Shown: positions 30,255-40,746 of the stretch, in pieces | How the letters are laid out: every line of letters starts with the position of its first letter | Numbering within the stretch: position 1 is the first letter of the stretch | NCBI GenBank assembly: GCA_964515735.1 | Contig: CAZEVP010000003.1 | Span: forward strand, 18,731 to 82,730 | Source of the DNA: an uncultured Verrucomicrobiaceae bacterium | GTDB taxonomy: Bacteria > Pseudomonadota > Gammaproteobacteria > Pseudomonadales > CAMLJR01 | Direction of reading: 5' to 3' | Length of the DNA: 64,000 bases | Position numbers and translations under genes: made by a program | Notes under the pieces: model-generated | Database searches by the model: none | What the model saw: only the letters and a program-made list of their open reading frames with translations | Told to the model about the DNA's origin: nothing

Positions 30255-31460
30255 TCAGGCCAGCTGCGGCAACCGGCGATGCGCGATCAGCGCGACCAGC
30301 TCGCGCGCCAGCTGCGCCTTGGAGCAGCGCTCGAACACCGTCTCGCCGCTGGCCCACAGCGCGATGGCGGCGTTGTCGTCGCTGTTGAAACCGATGCCGG
30401 CGGCGGCGACGTCATTGGCGACGATCAGGTCGAGCCCTTTGCGCTCGAGCTTGTCGCGCGCGTAGTCGGCCACCCGCTGCGTCTCGGCGGCGAAGCCGAC
30501 CGTGAACGGTCGCGACGAGCGCGCGGCGACGCTGGCGACGATATCGGGGTTGCGCACCAGCGCGATCGTCATCTCGTCCTTCTGCTTCTTTATCTTCTGC
30601 TCGGCGACACTGACCGGGCGATAGTCGGCCACCGCGGCCGAGGCGATGAAGATGTCGCAGGCGTCAATGCGCGCCATCACCGCGTCGAACATCTGCTGCG
30701 CGCTGTCGACATCGACGCGCTGCACCCGCTCCGGTGTCGGCAGGTGTACCGGGCCCGCCACCAGCGTGGTGATGGCGCCGGCGTCGGCCGCCGCGCGCGC
30801 CAGCGCGAAGCCCATCTTTCCCGAGCTGTGGTTGCTGATGAAGCGGACCGGATCGATCGCCTCGCGGGTCGGGCCGGCGGTGATCATCACGCGCAGGCCG
30901 TCGAGCAGCCGCGATTCGAAGCGGGCGGCAACCCGATCGGCCAGCTCGGTCGGCTCCAGCATCCGCCCCGGGCCGACGTCGCCGCAGGCCTGGCTGCCCT
31001 CGGCCGGGCCGAGCAGCGTCACGCCGCGCGCGCGCAGCAGTTCGGCGTTGGCCTGCGTCGCCGGGTCGCGCCACATGCCCTGATTCATCGCCGGCGCCAG
31101 CACCAGCGGCGCGTTCGACGCCAGGCACAGCGTCGTCAGCAGATCGTCGGCCTGCCCGATGGCGAGGCGCGCCATCAGGTCGGCGGTGGCCGGCGCGACC
31201 ACGATCAGGTCGGCCCAGCGCGCCAGCTCGATGTGGCCCATCGCCGCCTCGGCGGCCGGGTCGAGCAGGTCGGTGTGGACCGGGTTGCCGGACAGCGCCT
31301 GCAGCGTCAGCGGCGTGATGAACTCGCGCGCGGCGGCGGTCATCACCACGCGCACGTCGGCGCCCCGATCCTTCAGCCGGCGCACCAGCTCGGCCGACTT
31401 GTAGGCGGCGATGCCGCCGCTGATGCCGAGGAGAATCTGCCGATTGGCGAGGCTGCTCAT
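30255..31460 (-). CDS. coaBC: Bifunctional phosphopantothenoylcysteine decarboxylase/synthetase
   Basis: [42 protein letters not shown]. Start taken at ATG 31460 (MSSLANRQ); the upstream ATG at 31484 is also possible. Confidence 0.9.
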   Translation of the reverse strand: MSSLANRQILLGISGGIAAYKSAELVRRLKDRGADVRVVMTAAAREFITPLTLQALSGNPVHTDLLDPAAEAAMGHIELARWADLIVVAPATADLMARLAIGQADDLLTTLCLASNAPLVLAPAMNQGMWRDPATQANAELLRARGVTLLGPAEGSQACGDVGPGRMLEPTELADRVAARFESRLLDGLRVMITAGPTREAIDPVRFISNHSSGKMGFALARAAADAGAITTLVAGPVHLPTPERVQRVDVDSAQQMFDAVMARIDACDIFIASAAVADYRPVSVAEQKIKKQKDEMTIALVRNPDIVASVAARSSRPFTVGFAAETQRVADYARDKLERKGLDLIVANDVAAAGIGFNSDDNAAIALWASGETVFERCSKAQLARELVALIAHRRLPQLA

Positions 31461-31569
31461 GTCGAAAAATCCGGGCGTGTTCAAGGGACGGGCGCGAAGG
31501 AGCGGCTAAGATACGCGCCTGCCCGCCGCGACGGAACCGGCGGCGCCCGACACACCCAGGGAGGGAACG

Positions 31570-32244
31570 ATGGCGATCACCGACTGGCCGCTCGACGAGC
31601 GACCGCGCGAAAAACTGCTGAGCCGCGGTGCCACCGCGCTGTCCGACGCCGAACTGCTGGCGATCTTCCTGCGCACCGGCGTCGCCGGCATCACCGCAGT
31701 CGATCTGGCGCGCGATCTGCTCGGCCGTTTCGGCGGCCTGCGCCAGCTGCTCGACGCCGACCGCCACGACTTCTGCGCCGCGAAGGGACTCGGCAGCGCC
31801 AAGTTCGCGCAGCTGCAGGCGGTGCTGGAGATGGCGCGGCGCCACCTGCACGAACGGCTGCAGCGCGGCGATGCACTGACCAGCCCGGCGCTGACGCGCC
31901 AGTTCCTGCAAGTGCAGCTGCGCGACGAGCCGCACGAGGTGTTCGCGGTGCTCTACCTCGACAGCCAGCACCGCGTGCTGGCGTTCGAGCCGCTGTTTCG
32001 CGGCACCCTCGACAGCGCCGCGGTCTACCCGCGCGAGGTGGTCAAGCGCTGCCTCGCCCACAACGCCGGCGCCGTGATCCTGGCCCACAACCACCCCTCC
32101 GGCATCGCCGAGCCGAGCCAGTCCGACCGTCGCATCACCGAACGGCTGCGCGACGCGCTGGCGCTGGTCGACATCCGCCTGCTCGACCACATCGTCATCG
32201 GCGACGGCGAGGCGGTGTCGCTGGCCGAGCGGGGCTGGCTGTAA
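31570..32244 (+). CDS. radC: RadC-family JAB-domain protein
   Basis: ERPREKLL…[14 protein letters not shown] and the JAMM motif [17 protein letters not shown]. Confidence 0.9.
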   Translation: MAITDWPLDERPREKLLSRGATALSDAELLAIFLRTGVAGITAVDLARDLLGRFGGLRQLLDADRHDFCAAKGLGSAKFAQLQAVLEMARRHLHERLQRGDALTSPALTRQFLQVQLRDEPHEVFAVLYLDSQHRVLAFEPLFRGTLDSAAVYPREVVKRCLAHNAGAVILAHNHPSGIAEPSQSDRRITERLRDALALVDIRLLDHIVIGDGEAVSLAERGWL

Positions 32245-32284
32245 CGGCTTCGATGTCGCCGGTGTTTTCGTCCCTTCACTGCTG

Positions 32285-32313
32285 TTGCTGACGCGGGGAC
32301 CTTCTGGTATAAA
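32285..32313 (+). promoter_or_regulatory. Candidate sigma-70 promoter for rpmB-rpmG
   Basis: TTGCTG (32285-32290), 17-bp spacer, TGGTATAAA extended -10 (TATAAA at 32308-32313). About 145 bp upstream of the rpmB ATG. Confidence 0.4.
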
Positions 32314-32458
32314 GTCGCGCTCTTTCGCCCGGACCCCGCCCATCGCGGCCCTGAACCGGGCGGCTGTCGCGCCAAACGACAGCGGCTGCGCCTGTCGTCG
32401 GCAGCGGAATCGAATGAATGACACGGCCCTGCGCGGGGTCGTTTACGAGGCAAAGATC

Positions 32459-32695
32459 ATGTCCAGAGTCTGTCAGGTCACCGGCAAGCGCCCGATCACC
32501 GGTAACAACGTGTCCCACGCCAAGAACCGCACCAAGCGCCGGTTCCTGCCGAACCTGCACCACCACCGCTTCTGGGTCGAAGGCGAGAAGCGCTTCGTGA
32601 CGCTGCGCGTGTCGGGCAAAGGTCTGCGCATCATCGACAAGGTGGGCATCGAGTCGGTTCTGACCGACATCCGCGCCCGCGGCGAACAGGTTTGA
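32459..32695 (+). CDS. rpmB: 50S ribosomal protein L28
   Basis: [33 protein letters not shown], 78 aa. Confidence 0.95.
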   Translation: MSRVCQVTGKRPITGNNVSHAKNRTKRRFLPNLHHHRFWVEGEKRFVTLRVSGKGLRIIDKVGIESVLTDIRARGEQV

Positions 32696-32706
32696 GGAGC
32701 TGACAA

Positions 32707-32877
32707 ATGGCTAAGAAAGGCGCCGTCGACAAAATCCGTCTGGTCTCCTCCGCGGGCACCGGCCACTTCTATACGACCACCAAGAACAAACGCAACACGC
32801 CGGACAAGTTCGAATTCAAGAAGTACGATCCGGTGGTGCGCAAGCATGTGATCTACAAGGAAGCGAAGATCAAGTAA
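32707..32877 (+). CDS. rpmG: 50S ribosomal protein L33
   Basis: Not in the ORF track (56 aa). Hand translation: [62 protein letters not shown] Shine-Dalgarno upstream. Confidence 0.9.
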   Translation: MAKKGAVDKIRLVSSAGTGHFYTTTKNKRNTPDKFEFKKYDPVVRKHVIYKEAKIK

Positions 32878-32900
32878 CGCTTCCAGCAGGCAGATCGCAG

Positions 32901-32930
32901 AGCCCCGCCACCGCGCGGGGCTTTTGCTTT
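32901..32930 (+). terminator. Rho-independent terminator after rpmG
   Basis: AGCCCCGC-CACC-GCGGGGCT followed by TTTGCTTTT. Confidence 0.65.
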
Positions 32931-32998
32931 TGGGTATTTTTCATCGCAAGCTCTCACCACCTGTCATCTTGCCGCCGCGCGGCAACGGGGAGGACACC

Positions 32999-33412
32999 AT
33001 GGCAGCACAACCCGCGATCACCATCTCCAGGCTCGACCTCGACCGTCTGGAGGGGTTGCTCGACGCTCTCGGAGAGCAGGCTCACAGCGCCGGCGCGATG
33101 GCGCTGGAGGCTGAACTGAGCCGTGCCGACATCGTCGAGCCGCAATCGGTGCCGCCGACGCTGGTGACGATGAACTCGACCGTGCGCTTCATCTTCGACG
33201 GCAGCGACGAGCAGTTCGAGCTGACGCTCTGCTACCCGCGCGACGCCGGCGCGCCCGGCACCGTCTCGGTGCTGGCACCGATCGGCAGCGCGCTGCTCGG
33301 GCTGTCGGTCGGCGACAGCATCGACTGGCCGGTACCGGGCGGCGGCACGCGCCGCGTCCGCATCCTGGAAGTGCCCTACCAGCCGGAGCGCACCGGCGAA
33401 CTGCACCGCTGA
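32999..33412 (+). CDS. rnk: Rnk (regulator of nucleoside diphosphate kinase), GreA/GreB-family
   Basis: ITISRLDLDRLEGLLD… and C-terminal VSVLAPIGSALLGLSVGDSIDWPVPGG (Gre C-terminal domain). Confidence 0.8.
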   Translation: MAAQPAITISRLDLDRLEGLLDALGEQAHSAGAMALEAELSRADIVEPQSVPPTLVTMNSTVRFIFDGSDEQFELTLCYPRDAGAPGTVSVLAPIGSALLGLSVGDSIDWPVPGGGTRRVRILEVPYQPERTGELHR

Positions 33413-33435
33413 GTCCTCGCGGCCGCGCCCGATGA

Positions 33436-33462
33436 GGCCCCGCCATGCGGGGCCTTTTCGTT
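33436..33462 (+). terminator. Rho-independent terminator after rnk
   Basis: GGCCCCGC-CAT-GCGGGGCC followed by TTTTCGTT. Confidence 0.65.
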
Positions 33463-33660
33463 GGTGCCCCACTCCTGTCCGGCGATCGTTCACACCCGGA
33501 ATCGATCGCCTCCGGACACGGCGCCGCCTTCACCCTCCCGATCTTTTTGCCGGCCGCCGGTCATGGCGCCCGACCGGCGCAGTATCATGCGCGGCGGGTG
33601 CACGCGCCGCCGGCGCCGTGCGTTGAAGGAAGTGAGACGACACTCAACGGAGAAATGATC

Positions 33661-34098
33661 ATGCGGAAACTGTCCCTCGCAGCAGCGTGCTGCGCCGCCC
33701 TCGTCGCCAGCGGCAGCGTACTGGCACGCGACGACAAGCTGATGCTGCCGATCCAGGCCGCGATGACTCAACCGAAAGCGGCCGAAACCCTTGGCACCGA
33801 TGTCAGGTTCTACTTCGGCAACAGCGCCCACCCGGCGGCCGCGCGGACGCTCGGCACCTACACGAGCAACAAGAAGACCAACGGCGTCGGCAAGAGCGAC
33901 GAACAGGCCTGCAACTGGGCCTTCCTGTCGGCGATGATCGCGTTGCGCGACCGCGCGCTGGCCGAGGGCGGCAACGCCGTCGTCAACATCGAGAGCTACT
34001 ACAAGAAGAACACCTTCAGCAGCACGACCGAATACGAGTGCCACGCCGGCAACATCATGTCCGGCGTCGCGCTGCGGGGTCAGGTGGTCAAGCTGTAG
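33661..34098 (+). CDS. Secreted protein of unknown function
   Basis: Signal peptide MRKLSLAAACCAALVASGSVLA. Conserved-looking RFYFGN…ACNWAFLSAMIAL…ECHAGNIMSGVALRG. An alternative ATG lies at 33655. Confidence 0.6.
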   Translation: MRKLSLAAACCAALVASGSVLARDDKLMLPIQAAMTQPKAAETLGTDVRFYFGNSAHPAAARTLGTYTSNKKTNGVGKSDEQACNWAFLSAMIALRDRALAEGGNAVVNIESYYKKNTFSSTTEYECHAGNIMSGVALRGQVVKL

Positions 34099-34148
34099 TG
34101 ACGAGGCGGCCGGCGGCAGCGCCGGCCGCCGGGTACGGAGACCGCGCC

Positions 34149-34292
34149 ATGAAAACCGGACAGACAACACCCCTCGAACAGCAGCGTCAGACGCTGATCG
34201 ACGCTCTGGCCAAAGGCGAACTCGACGCGCGGGAAAAGCGAACGCTGACGCACGCCCAAGCCAGGGAGCGCCTGAAGAAATGGCTGAAATAG
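34149..34292 (+). CDS. Possible 47-aa ORF of unknown function
   Basis: MKTGQTTPLEQQRQTLIDALAKGELDAREKRTLTHAQARERLKKWLK. Coding-like composition but no recognised family and no clear RBS. Confidence 0.25.
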   Translation: MKTGQTTPLEQQRQTLIDALAKGELDAREKRTLTHAQARERLKKWLK

Positions 34293-34314
34293 CCGGAGCT
34301 CGCGCCGCTGTCGG

Positions 34315-35733
34315 TCAGCGGGACGACAGCCGCGCCAGCGCCCGCTGCGCCGCCGCGTTGACCTGCTTTGGCGCCGTGCCGCCGATGTGGTCACGCGCCG
34401 CCACCGAACCCTCCAGCGTCAGCACCGCGAACACATCCTGTTCGATCATCGCGCCGAACTGGCGCAGCTCGTCCAGCGTCATCTCGGCCAGATCCTTGCC
34501 GCTCTGCACGCCGTAGCCGACCGCCTTGCCAACGATCTCGTGGGCGTCGCGGAACGCCACCCCCTTGCGCACCAGGTAGTCGGCCAGATCGGTCGCAGTC
34601 GAGAAGCCGCGCCGCGCCGCCTCGCGCATCACCTCCACCTTCGGCTGGATCGCCGGCACCATGTCGGCGTAGGCCTTCAGGCAGTCCTTGACCGTGTCGA
34701 TGGTGTCGAACAGCGGCTCTTTGTCTTCCTGGTTGTCCTTGTTGTAGGCGAGCGGCTGCGACTTCATCAGCGTCAGCAGCGCGATCAGGTGGCCGTTGAC
34801 GCGCCCCGTCTTGCCGCGCACCAGCTCCGGCACGTCCGGATTCTTCTTCTGCGGCATGATCGATGAACCGGTGCAGAAGCGGTCCGGCAGGTGGACGAAG
34901 TTGAACTGCGCGCTGGTCCACAGCACCAGCTCTTCCGAGAAGCGCGACAGGTGCGTCATCAGCAGGCTGGCGAAGGCGGTGAATTCGATCGCGAAGTCGC
35001 GGTCGGCCACCGAGTCGAGCGAGTTCTCGGTCGGCTTGTCGAAGCCGAGCAGCTGCGCGCTGTAGGCGCGGTCGATCGGGTAGGTGGTGCCGGCCAGCGC
35101 GGCGGCGCCGAGCGGCGACTGGTTCATCCGCGCGCGGCAGTCGAGCAGGCGGCCGTGGTCGCGCTCCAGCATCTCGTTCCACGCCAGCAGGTGATGGCCG
35201 AAGGTGACCGGCTGCGCCGTCTGCAGGTGGGTGAAGCCGGGCATGATGACGTCGGCGTGCTGCGCCGCCAGCTCGACCAGACCGCGCTGCAACCGCGTCA
35301 GCTCAGCGGCGATGGCGTCGATCTCGTCGCGTAAATAAAGGCGCACGTCGGTCGCCACCTGATCGTTGCGCGAACGTCCGGTATGCAGCTTCTTGCCGGC
35401 GATGCCGATCCGGTCGGTCAGCCGCGCCTCGATGTTCATGTGCACGTCTTCGAGCCCGACCGACCAGTGGAAGCGGCCGGCCTCGATGTCGGCGCGGATC
35501 TCCTCCAGCCCGGTTTCGATCAGCCCCAGCTCGTCGGCGCTCAGCACGCCAACCCTGGCCAGCATCCGCGCGTGCGCCAGCGAGCCGTTGATGTCGTGGT
35601 GGTAGAGACGCCGGTCGAAGTTCACCGACGCCGTGAAGCGCTCGACGAAGGCGTCGGTCGGCTCGCTGAAGCGGCCGCCCCAGGGTTTCAGGGTCGATTC
35701 CAAAGCCTTCGGGGTCGATTCAGAGTCGCTCAT
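34315..35733 (-). CDS. argH: Argininosuccinate lyase
   Basis: WGGRFSE…[13 protein letters not shown]…[12 protein letters not shown] (fumarate-lyase signature). Confidence 0.95.
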   Translation of the reverse strand: MSDSESTPKALESTLKPWGGRFSEPTDAFVERFTASVNFDRRLYHHDINGSLAHARMLARVGVLSADELGLIETGLEEIRADIEAGRFHWSVGLEDVHMNIEARLTDRIGIAGKKLHTGRSRNDQVATDVRLYLRDEIDAIAAELTRLQRGLVELAAQHADVIMPGFTHLQTAQPVTFGHHLLAWNEMLERDHGRLLDCRARMNQSPLGAAALAGTTYPIDRAYSAQLLGFDKPTENSLDSVADRDFAIEFTAFASLLMTHLSRFSEELVLWTSAQFNFVHLPDRFCTGSSIMPQKKNPDVPELVRGKTGRVNGHLIALLTLMKSQPLAYNKDNQEDKEPLFDTIDTVKDCLKAYADMVPAIQPKVEVMREAARRGFSTATDLADYLVRKGVAFRDAHEIVGKAVGYGVQSGKDLAEMTLDELRQFGAMIEQDVFAVLTLEGSVAARDHIGGTAPKQVNAAAQRALARLSSR

Positions 35734-35966
35734 CGGTTCGGTTCCGGCTGCGGGAGGTGATGAAAAGGGGCGCGATTATAGCAGCGCCGCGCACCGCCCT
35801 TCGCGAGCGCGACGGCGTTCACACCCGCCCGACCATCCATGCCGCCCCGGCGCCCGTTCGGCCGCCCCGCCCCCGGCAGGGTCGCGGGTTGTCGTCTACC
35901 CTTGCGGAGGTTTTGCACGGGCGTCGTGCGGGTATCCCGACAGCGGAGGCGGCAGCGGTAGCGACG

Positions 35967-37034
35967 ATGAACGCAAAGGCGCGCGCCGGCATGGAGGCGA
36001 CGGCACAGGCCGACGACTTCTTCCTGCCCGATCTGTGCCGGGTGCAGCCGCTGCTCCTGCTGGTGCTGTTCGGCGAGCTGCTGGCGCTGCTGCTGACGCT
36101 GGCGGCGACCGGGCTGCGCGGCTTCGACTGGCAGCACTTCGCGATGGCTTCGCTGTTCGTGCAGTGGGCGGCGCTGCTGGCCGCGGCCGGCCTGTGCCTG
36201 TTGCGGCGCCGGCTGCTCCACTGGCATCCGGCGCCGGCGGCGGCGCTCTGCTTCGGCTGGCTGCTGCTGGCCACCGCGCTGGTCGGGCTGGCGGCGCAGT
36301 GGCTGCTCGGTGGCGGCCTGCAGGGGCGCTGGCGGCCGAACGGCTGGCTGCTGGCGGAGCAGCTGCTGATCGCGGCCGTGGTCGGCGGCATCGCGCTGCG
36401 CCACTTCTATCTGGCGCAGGCGCTGCAGCGGCGCCAGCGCGCCGAGCTGGAGGCGCGCATCGGCGCGCTGCAGGCGCGCATCCGCCCGCACTTCCTGTTC
36501 AACACGATGAACAGCATCGCCAGCCTGATCGCCATCGACGCGCGCGCCGCCGAGGCGGCGGTGGAGGATCTGGCGGCGCTGTTCCGCGCCTCGCTGGCGC
36601 AGGGCGGGGCCGAGGTGACGCTGGCCGAGGAGCTGGAGCTGTGCCGGCGCTACCTGCAGATCGAACAGCTGCGGCTCGGCTCGCGGCTGCAGGTGCAGTG
36701 GCGGCTGGACCAGCTGCCGCAGGATCTGCCGATTCCGGCGCTGAGCCTGCAGCCGCTGATCGAGAACGCCGTCTACCACGGCGTGCAGGCGCGGCCGGCG
36801 GGCGGGCTGATCACGATCAGCGGCGCGCTGGCCGGCGGCGAGGTGCGGCTGACCGTCTGCAACCCGCTGGCGGAAGGCCCGCGCGAGAACCACCGCGGCA
36901 ACCGCATGGCGCTGGAGAACATCGGTGACCGCCTGCGCGCGCTCTACGGCGACGACGCGGCGCTGGTCGCCAGGGAGGAGGGAGGCGAGTTCTGCGCCGA
37001 GCTGCGCTACCGCCCCCGCATGGAGACGACATGA
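35967..37034 (+). CDS. algZ: LytS-type sensor histidine kinase (AlgZ/FimS-like)
   Basis: Four to five N-terminal TM segments, then RIRPHFLFNTMNSIASLI (His_kinase PF06580-type) and PLIENAVYHG. argH-algZ-algR-hemC synteny. The start is uncertain (35967 or 35991). Confidence 0.8.
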   Translation: MNAKARAGMEATAQADDFFLPDLCRVQPLLLLVLFGELLALLLTLAATGLRGFDWQHFAMASLFVQWAALLAAAGLCLLRRRLLHWHPAPAAALCFGWLLLATALVGLAAQWLLGGGLQGRWRPNGWLLAEQLLIAAVVGGIALRHFYLAQALQRRQRAELEARIGALQARIRPHFLFNTMNSIASLIAIDARAAEAAVEDLAALFRASLAQGGAEVTLAEELELCRRYLQIEQLRLGSRLQVQWRLDQLPQDLPIPALSLQPLIENAVYHGVQARPAGGLITISGALAGGEVRLTVCNPLAEGPRENHRGNRMALENIGDRLRALYGDDAALVAREEGGEFCAELRYRPRMETT

Positions 37035-37780
37035 ACATGATGGCAACGACGCGGGTTCTGATCGCCGACGACGAGCCGCTGGCGCGCGCGCGCCTGCGCC
37101 GGTTGCTGGAGAGCCAGCCCGGCGTGGCGGTGGTCGGCGAGGCCGAGAACGGCGAGCAGGCGCTGCGGGCCTGTTCGGCGCTGGAGCCGCACGTGCTGCT
37201 GCTCGACATCCGCATGCCCGGCGTCGACGGCCTGTCGGTGGCGCGCGCGCTGGCCGAGCAGCCGCAGGCGCCGGCGGTGATCTTCTGCACCGCCTACGAC
37301 GACTATGCGATCGAAGCGTTCGAGGCCAATGCCATCGGCTACCTGCTGAAGCCGGTCAGCCAGGAGAAGCTGGCGCTGGCGCTGGCCAAGGCCGAGCGGC
37401 TCGCCGCCAATCGCATCCCGATCGTCGACGACTCGCCGCGGCCGCGCGCGCGCAGCCACCTCAGCGCGCGCTCGCGGCGCGGCGTCGAACTGCTGCCGCT
37501 GGCGCAGGCGCGCTACTTCCTCGCCGACCACAAGTACGTCACCGTCTACCACACCGGCGGCGAGCTGCTGATCGACGACACGCTGAAGGAGCTGGAGGAC
37601 GAGTTCGGCAGGCGCCTGCTGCGCGTGCACCGCAACGCGCTGGTGATGGTCGACTACGTGCTCGGGCTGGAGCGGCTGCCGCGCGGCCAGTACCGGATCC
37701 GGCTGGCCGATGTCGCACAGGGGCCGACCGTCAGCCGCCGCCACCTGCCGCTGGTGCGCGAGGCGCTGGAGGTACTGTAA
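37031..37780 (+). CDS. algR: LytTR-family response regulator (AlgR-like)
   Basis: Receiver domain (VLIADDEP…LLLDIRMPGVDG) plus LytTR DNA-binding domain (ADHKYVTVYH…LLRVHRNALV). ATGA overlap with the kinase gene. Confidence 0.85.
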   Translation: MNMMATTRVLIADDEPLARARLRRLLESQPGVAVVGEAENGEQALRACSALEPHVLLLDIRMPGVDGLSVARALAEQPQAPAVIFCTAYDDYAIEAFEANAIGYLLKPVSQEKLALALAKAERLAANRIPIVDDSPRPRARSHLSARSRRGVELLPLAQARYFLADHKYVTVYHTGGELLIDDTLKELEDEFGRRLLRVHRNALVMVDYVLGLERLPRGQYRIRLADVAQGPTVSRRHLPLVREALEVL

Positions 37781-37849
37781 CGAGGCGACGGGGGAGGACT
37801 AACAGCGGCTCGTCACCTATCATGGCCGCTTTTCCAGCACCGGCCCGCC

Positions 37850-38806
37850 ATGTCCGCTCTCCGTTCCGACACCATCCGCATCGCCACCCGCAAGAGCCCG
37901 CTCGCGCTGTGGCAGGCCGAATTCGTCCGCGCCGAACTGCAGCGCCACCACCCCGGCCTCGGCGTCGAGCTGGTCACCTTCACCACCCGCGGCGACAAGA
38001 TCCTCGACACGCCGCTGGCCAAGATCGGCGGCAAGGGGCTGTTCGTGAAGGAGCTGGAGACGGCGCTGCTGGCGGGCGACGCCGACCTCGCCGTGCACTC
38101 GATGAAGGACGTGCCGATGGTGTTCCCGGACGGCCTCGGCCTCGCCACCATCTGCGAGCGCGAGGACCCGCGCGACGCCTTCGTCTCCAACCGCTTCGAC
38201 ACGCTCGACGCGCTGCCGCACGGCGCCGTGGTCGGCACGTCGAGCCTGCGCCGCCACTGCCAGCTGCGCGCGCTGCGCCCCGATCTCGACATCCGCTCGC
38301 TGCGCGGCAACGTCAACACCCGGCTGGCCAAACTCGACGCCGGCGAGTTCGACGCCATCATCCTCGCCACCGCCGGTCTGCTGCGGCTCGACCTCGCCGA
38401 ACGTATCCGCGCGCGCCTCGAGCCGGGCGTCAGCCTGCCGGCCGGCGGTCAGGGCGCGGTCGGCATCGAGATCCGCGAGGCGGACACGCGCCTTCGCCAA
38501 CTGCTGGCGCCGCTGCACCACGAGCCGACGGCGCTGCGCGTGCGCGCCGAACGGGCGCTGAACCGCCACCTGCACGGCGGCTGCCAGGTGCCGATCGCCT
38601 GCTACGCCGAACTCGACGGCGACACGCTGTGGCTGCGCGGGCTGGTCGGCGACCCGGAGGGCGGCGAGCTGCTGCAGGCGCAGATACGCGGTTCGGCGCG
38701 CGACCCGGAAGCGCTCGGCATCGACGTCGCCGAACAGCTGCTGGCACAGGGCGCCGGCGCCATCCTGCGCAAGGTCTACGGCGACAACGGCGCGAACGAG
38801 GAATAA
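37850..38806 (+). CDS. hemC: Hydroxymethylbilane synthase (porphobilinogen deaminase)
   Basis: [18 protein letters not shown]…TTRGDKILD…[10 protein letters not shown]…[10 protein letters not shown]. Confidence 0.95.
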   Translation: MSALRSDTIRIATRKSPLALWQAEFVRAELQRHHPGLGVELVTFTTRGDKILDTPLAKIGGKGLFVKELETALLAGDADLAVHSMKDVPMVFPDGLGLATICEREDPRDAFVSNRFDTLDALPHGAVVGTSSLRRHCQLRALRPDLDIRSLRGNVNTRLAKLDAGEFDAIILATAGLLRLDLAERIRARLEPGVSLPAGGQGAVGIEIREADTRLRQLLAPLHHEPTALRVRAERALNRHLHGGCQVPIACYAELDGDTLWLRGLVGDPEGGELLQAQIRGSARDPEALGIDVAEQLLAQGAGAILRKVYGDNGANEE

Positions 38807-38809
38807 GCC

Positions 38810-39589
38810 GTGACGTTCAGCGTGCTGGTGACCCGCCCGAGCGGCCGCGCCGATGCGCTGATGGCGGCGCTGGCGGCGGCCGGTTTCGACGCGCGCCACG
38901 TGCCGCTGCTGTCGGTGGCCGCGCTCGACCCGGTCGCCGATGCCGACATTCACCAGCGCACCAAGGCGCTGCTGCTCGATCTCGACCGCTACCAGCGCGT
39001 CCTGGCCGTCAGCGTCAATGCAGTACACTTCGGCGTCGACTGGCTGGCGCAGTACTGGCCGCAGTGGCCGCTCGGATTGCGCTGGTACTGCGTCGGCCCG
39101 GCCACCGCCGAAGCGCTGAAGCGCTACGACATCGACGCCATCGAGCCGGGTGGCAGCCAGAACAGCGAGGCGCTGCTGGCGCTGCCGGAATTCGCCGATC
39201 TGTCCGGCGAGCGGGTGCTGATCCTGCGCGGTGTCGGCGGCCGCGAACTGCTGGCGCAGACGCTGCGCACGCGCGGCGCCCACGTCGACTACGCCGAGTG
39301 CTACCGGCGGCTGCCGCCGCAGCTCGGCGAGCGCGAGGCGCAGGCGCTGTGGCAGCCACCGGCCGATGCCGTCTGCCTGAACAGCGCCGAGACGCTGCAG
39401 CAGTTCTGGCAGCTGCTGCCACCGCCGGCGCGCGCGCTCTATCGCGACCGCGCCGTGATCGTGCCGAGCGAGCGGGTGGCGGCGCTGGCACGCGAACTCG
39501 GGCTGCAACGTGTCGTCGTCGCCGCCAACGCCAGCGACGCCGCCACCGTCGCCGCCCTGCAACAGCTGACCAAGGACTTACAACAATGA
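38810..39589 (+). CDS. hemD: Uroporphyrinogen-III synthase
   Basis: GTG start 3 bp after the hemC stop. VLVTRP…, position and size typical of hemD. Confidence 0.85.
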   Translation: MTFSVLVTRPSGRADALMAALAAAGFDARHVPLLSVAALDPVADADIHQRTKALLLDLDRYQRVLAVSVNAVHFGVDWLAQYWPQWPLGLRWYCVGPATAEALKRYDIDAIEPGGSQNSEALLALPEFADLSGERVLILRGVGGRELLAQTLRTRGAHVDYAECYRRLPPQLGEREAQALWQPPADAVCLNSAETLQQFWQLLPPPARALYRDRAVIVPSERVAALARELGLQRVVVAANASDAATVAALQQLTKDLQQ

Positions 39590-40746
39590 ACGACGTGGTC
39601 GACAACGCCGAAAGCAAGGAGAGCGCAGCGGCCCAGCCCCTGCCGACGCCGACCCCCGCTCCCTCTCCGACACCCGCTCCGGCACCGGCGCGCGCCGGCA
39701 ACGGCGTCGCCTGGCTGGCGCTGCTGCTGGCGGCCGGCGCGCTCGGCGCGGTCGGCTTCGTCACCTACCGCGACACCGCCCAGCGCCAGCTCGACGAGTT
39801 CCGGCTGCAGTCGTCGCTGCAGGAACAGGTGCTCGGGTTGAATGAGCTGCAGCGCCAGCTCTCGAACCAGCGCGCCAACGCCCGCAGCGCGCGCGAACAG
39901 CTGCAGAAGCAGCTCGGCGAACTGCAGGCGGCGCAGCTGCAGCAGAGCCAGCAGATCGGCGAGCTGGCGCGCGTCGACCGCAGCGCCTGGCAGCTGGCCG
40001 AAACCGAATACCTGCTGCAGCTGTCCAGCCAGCGGCTGTTGCTCGGCGGCGACCGCGATTCGGCGCAGCGGATGCTGCAGCAGGCCGACGAGATCCTGCG
40101 CGACCTCGATGACAGCGCGCTGCTGCCGGTGCGCGCCGCCCTCGCCAACGACCTGGCGGCACTGAAGGCGGTGCCGGCGATCGATATCGAGGGCATCTAC
40201 CTCGCGCTCGACGCCGCCGCCGCGCAGGCGCGCCAGCTGCAGCTGATCCGCCCGGTGGCGCCGTCCGGCAACGGCGGCGACGCGGCCGCGATCGACGCGC
40301 AGGCGACCTGGGGCGAGCGGCTGCAGACCGGCCTGCGCGCCGCCGTCGCCCGGCTCGCCGAGCTGGTGCAGATCCGCCGCCGCGACGAGCCCTACCGCGC
40401 ACTGCTGGCGCCCGAGCACGAGGCGGCGCTGCGCCACAACCTGCAGCTGCTGTTCGAGCAGGCGCAGCTGGCGCTGCTGGCCGGCAACGACACGTTGTAC
40501 CAGCGCAGCCTCGAAAAATGCGGCGACTGGCTGCGCACCTACTTCACGCTCGACGAGGCTGCCGCGCAGGCGCTGGCAACCACCATCGACGAGCTGCGGC
40601 AGCGGCCGGTGACGGCGACGATGCCCGACATCGGCAGCTCGCGCCGGCTGCTGAAGGCCTACCTCGAACAGCGCCTCGGCGTGCCGGCGGCAGCGACGCC
40701 GGCACCGGCTCCAGCACCGGCGGCAACGGCGGAGCCGCAGCCATGA
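39586..40746 (+). CDS. hemX: HemX-family membrane protein of the heme operon
   Basis: ATGA overlap with hemD. Pro/Ala-rich N-terminus, one TM (VAWLALLLAAGALGAVGFV), Gln-rich coiled coil, and WQLAETEYLLQLSSQRL. Confidence 0.8.
   Translation: MNDVVDNAESKESAAAQPLPTPTPAPSPTPAPAPARAGNGVAWLALLLAAGALGAVGFVTYRDTAQRQLDEFRLQSSLQEQVLGLNELQRQLSNQRANARSAREQLQKQLGELQAAQLQQSQQIGELARVDRSAWQLAETEYLLQLSSQRLLLGGDRDSAQRMLQQADEILRDLDDSALLPVRAALANDLAALKAVPAIDIEGIYLALDAAAAQARQLQLIRPVAPSGNGGDAAAIDAQATWGERLQTGLRAAVARLAELVQIRRRDEPYRALLAPEHEAALRHNLQLLFEQAQLALLAGNDTLYQRSLEKCGDWLRTYFTLDEAAAQALATTIDELRQRPVTATMPDIGSSRRLLKAYLEQRLGVPAAATPAPAPAPAATAEPQP

Noticed and set aside
27992-30388. 798-aa plus-strand ORF. The 710-aa ORF at 30159-32291 and the 580-aa ORFs at 37820-39562 and 60401-62143 are treated the same way.
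   Set aside because: All are antisense or out of frame relative to genes with strong signatures (algC, coaBC, hemC/D, ammonia-lyase). All have featureless Arg/Gly/Ala/Asp-rich translations.
36925-39585. First approximately 890 codons of the 1273-aa plus-strand ORF
   Set aside because: They overlap algR, hemC and hemD in another frame and are Arg/Pro/Ala-rich. Only the part from ATG 39586 (HemX) is credible.
39610-39700. Pro/Thr/Ala-rich run at the HemX N-terminus (PTPTPAPSPTPAPAPA) as a DNA tandem repeat
   Set aside because: The nucleotide copies are imperfect. This is a typical low-complexity linker before the TM helix.
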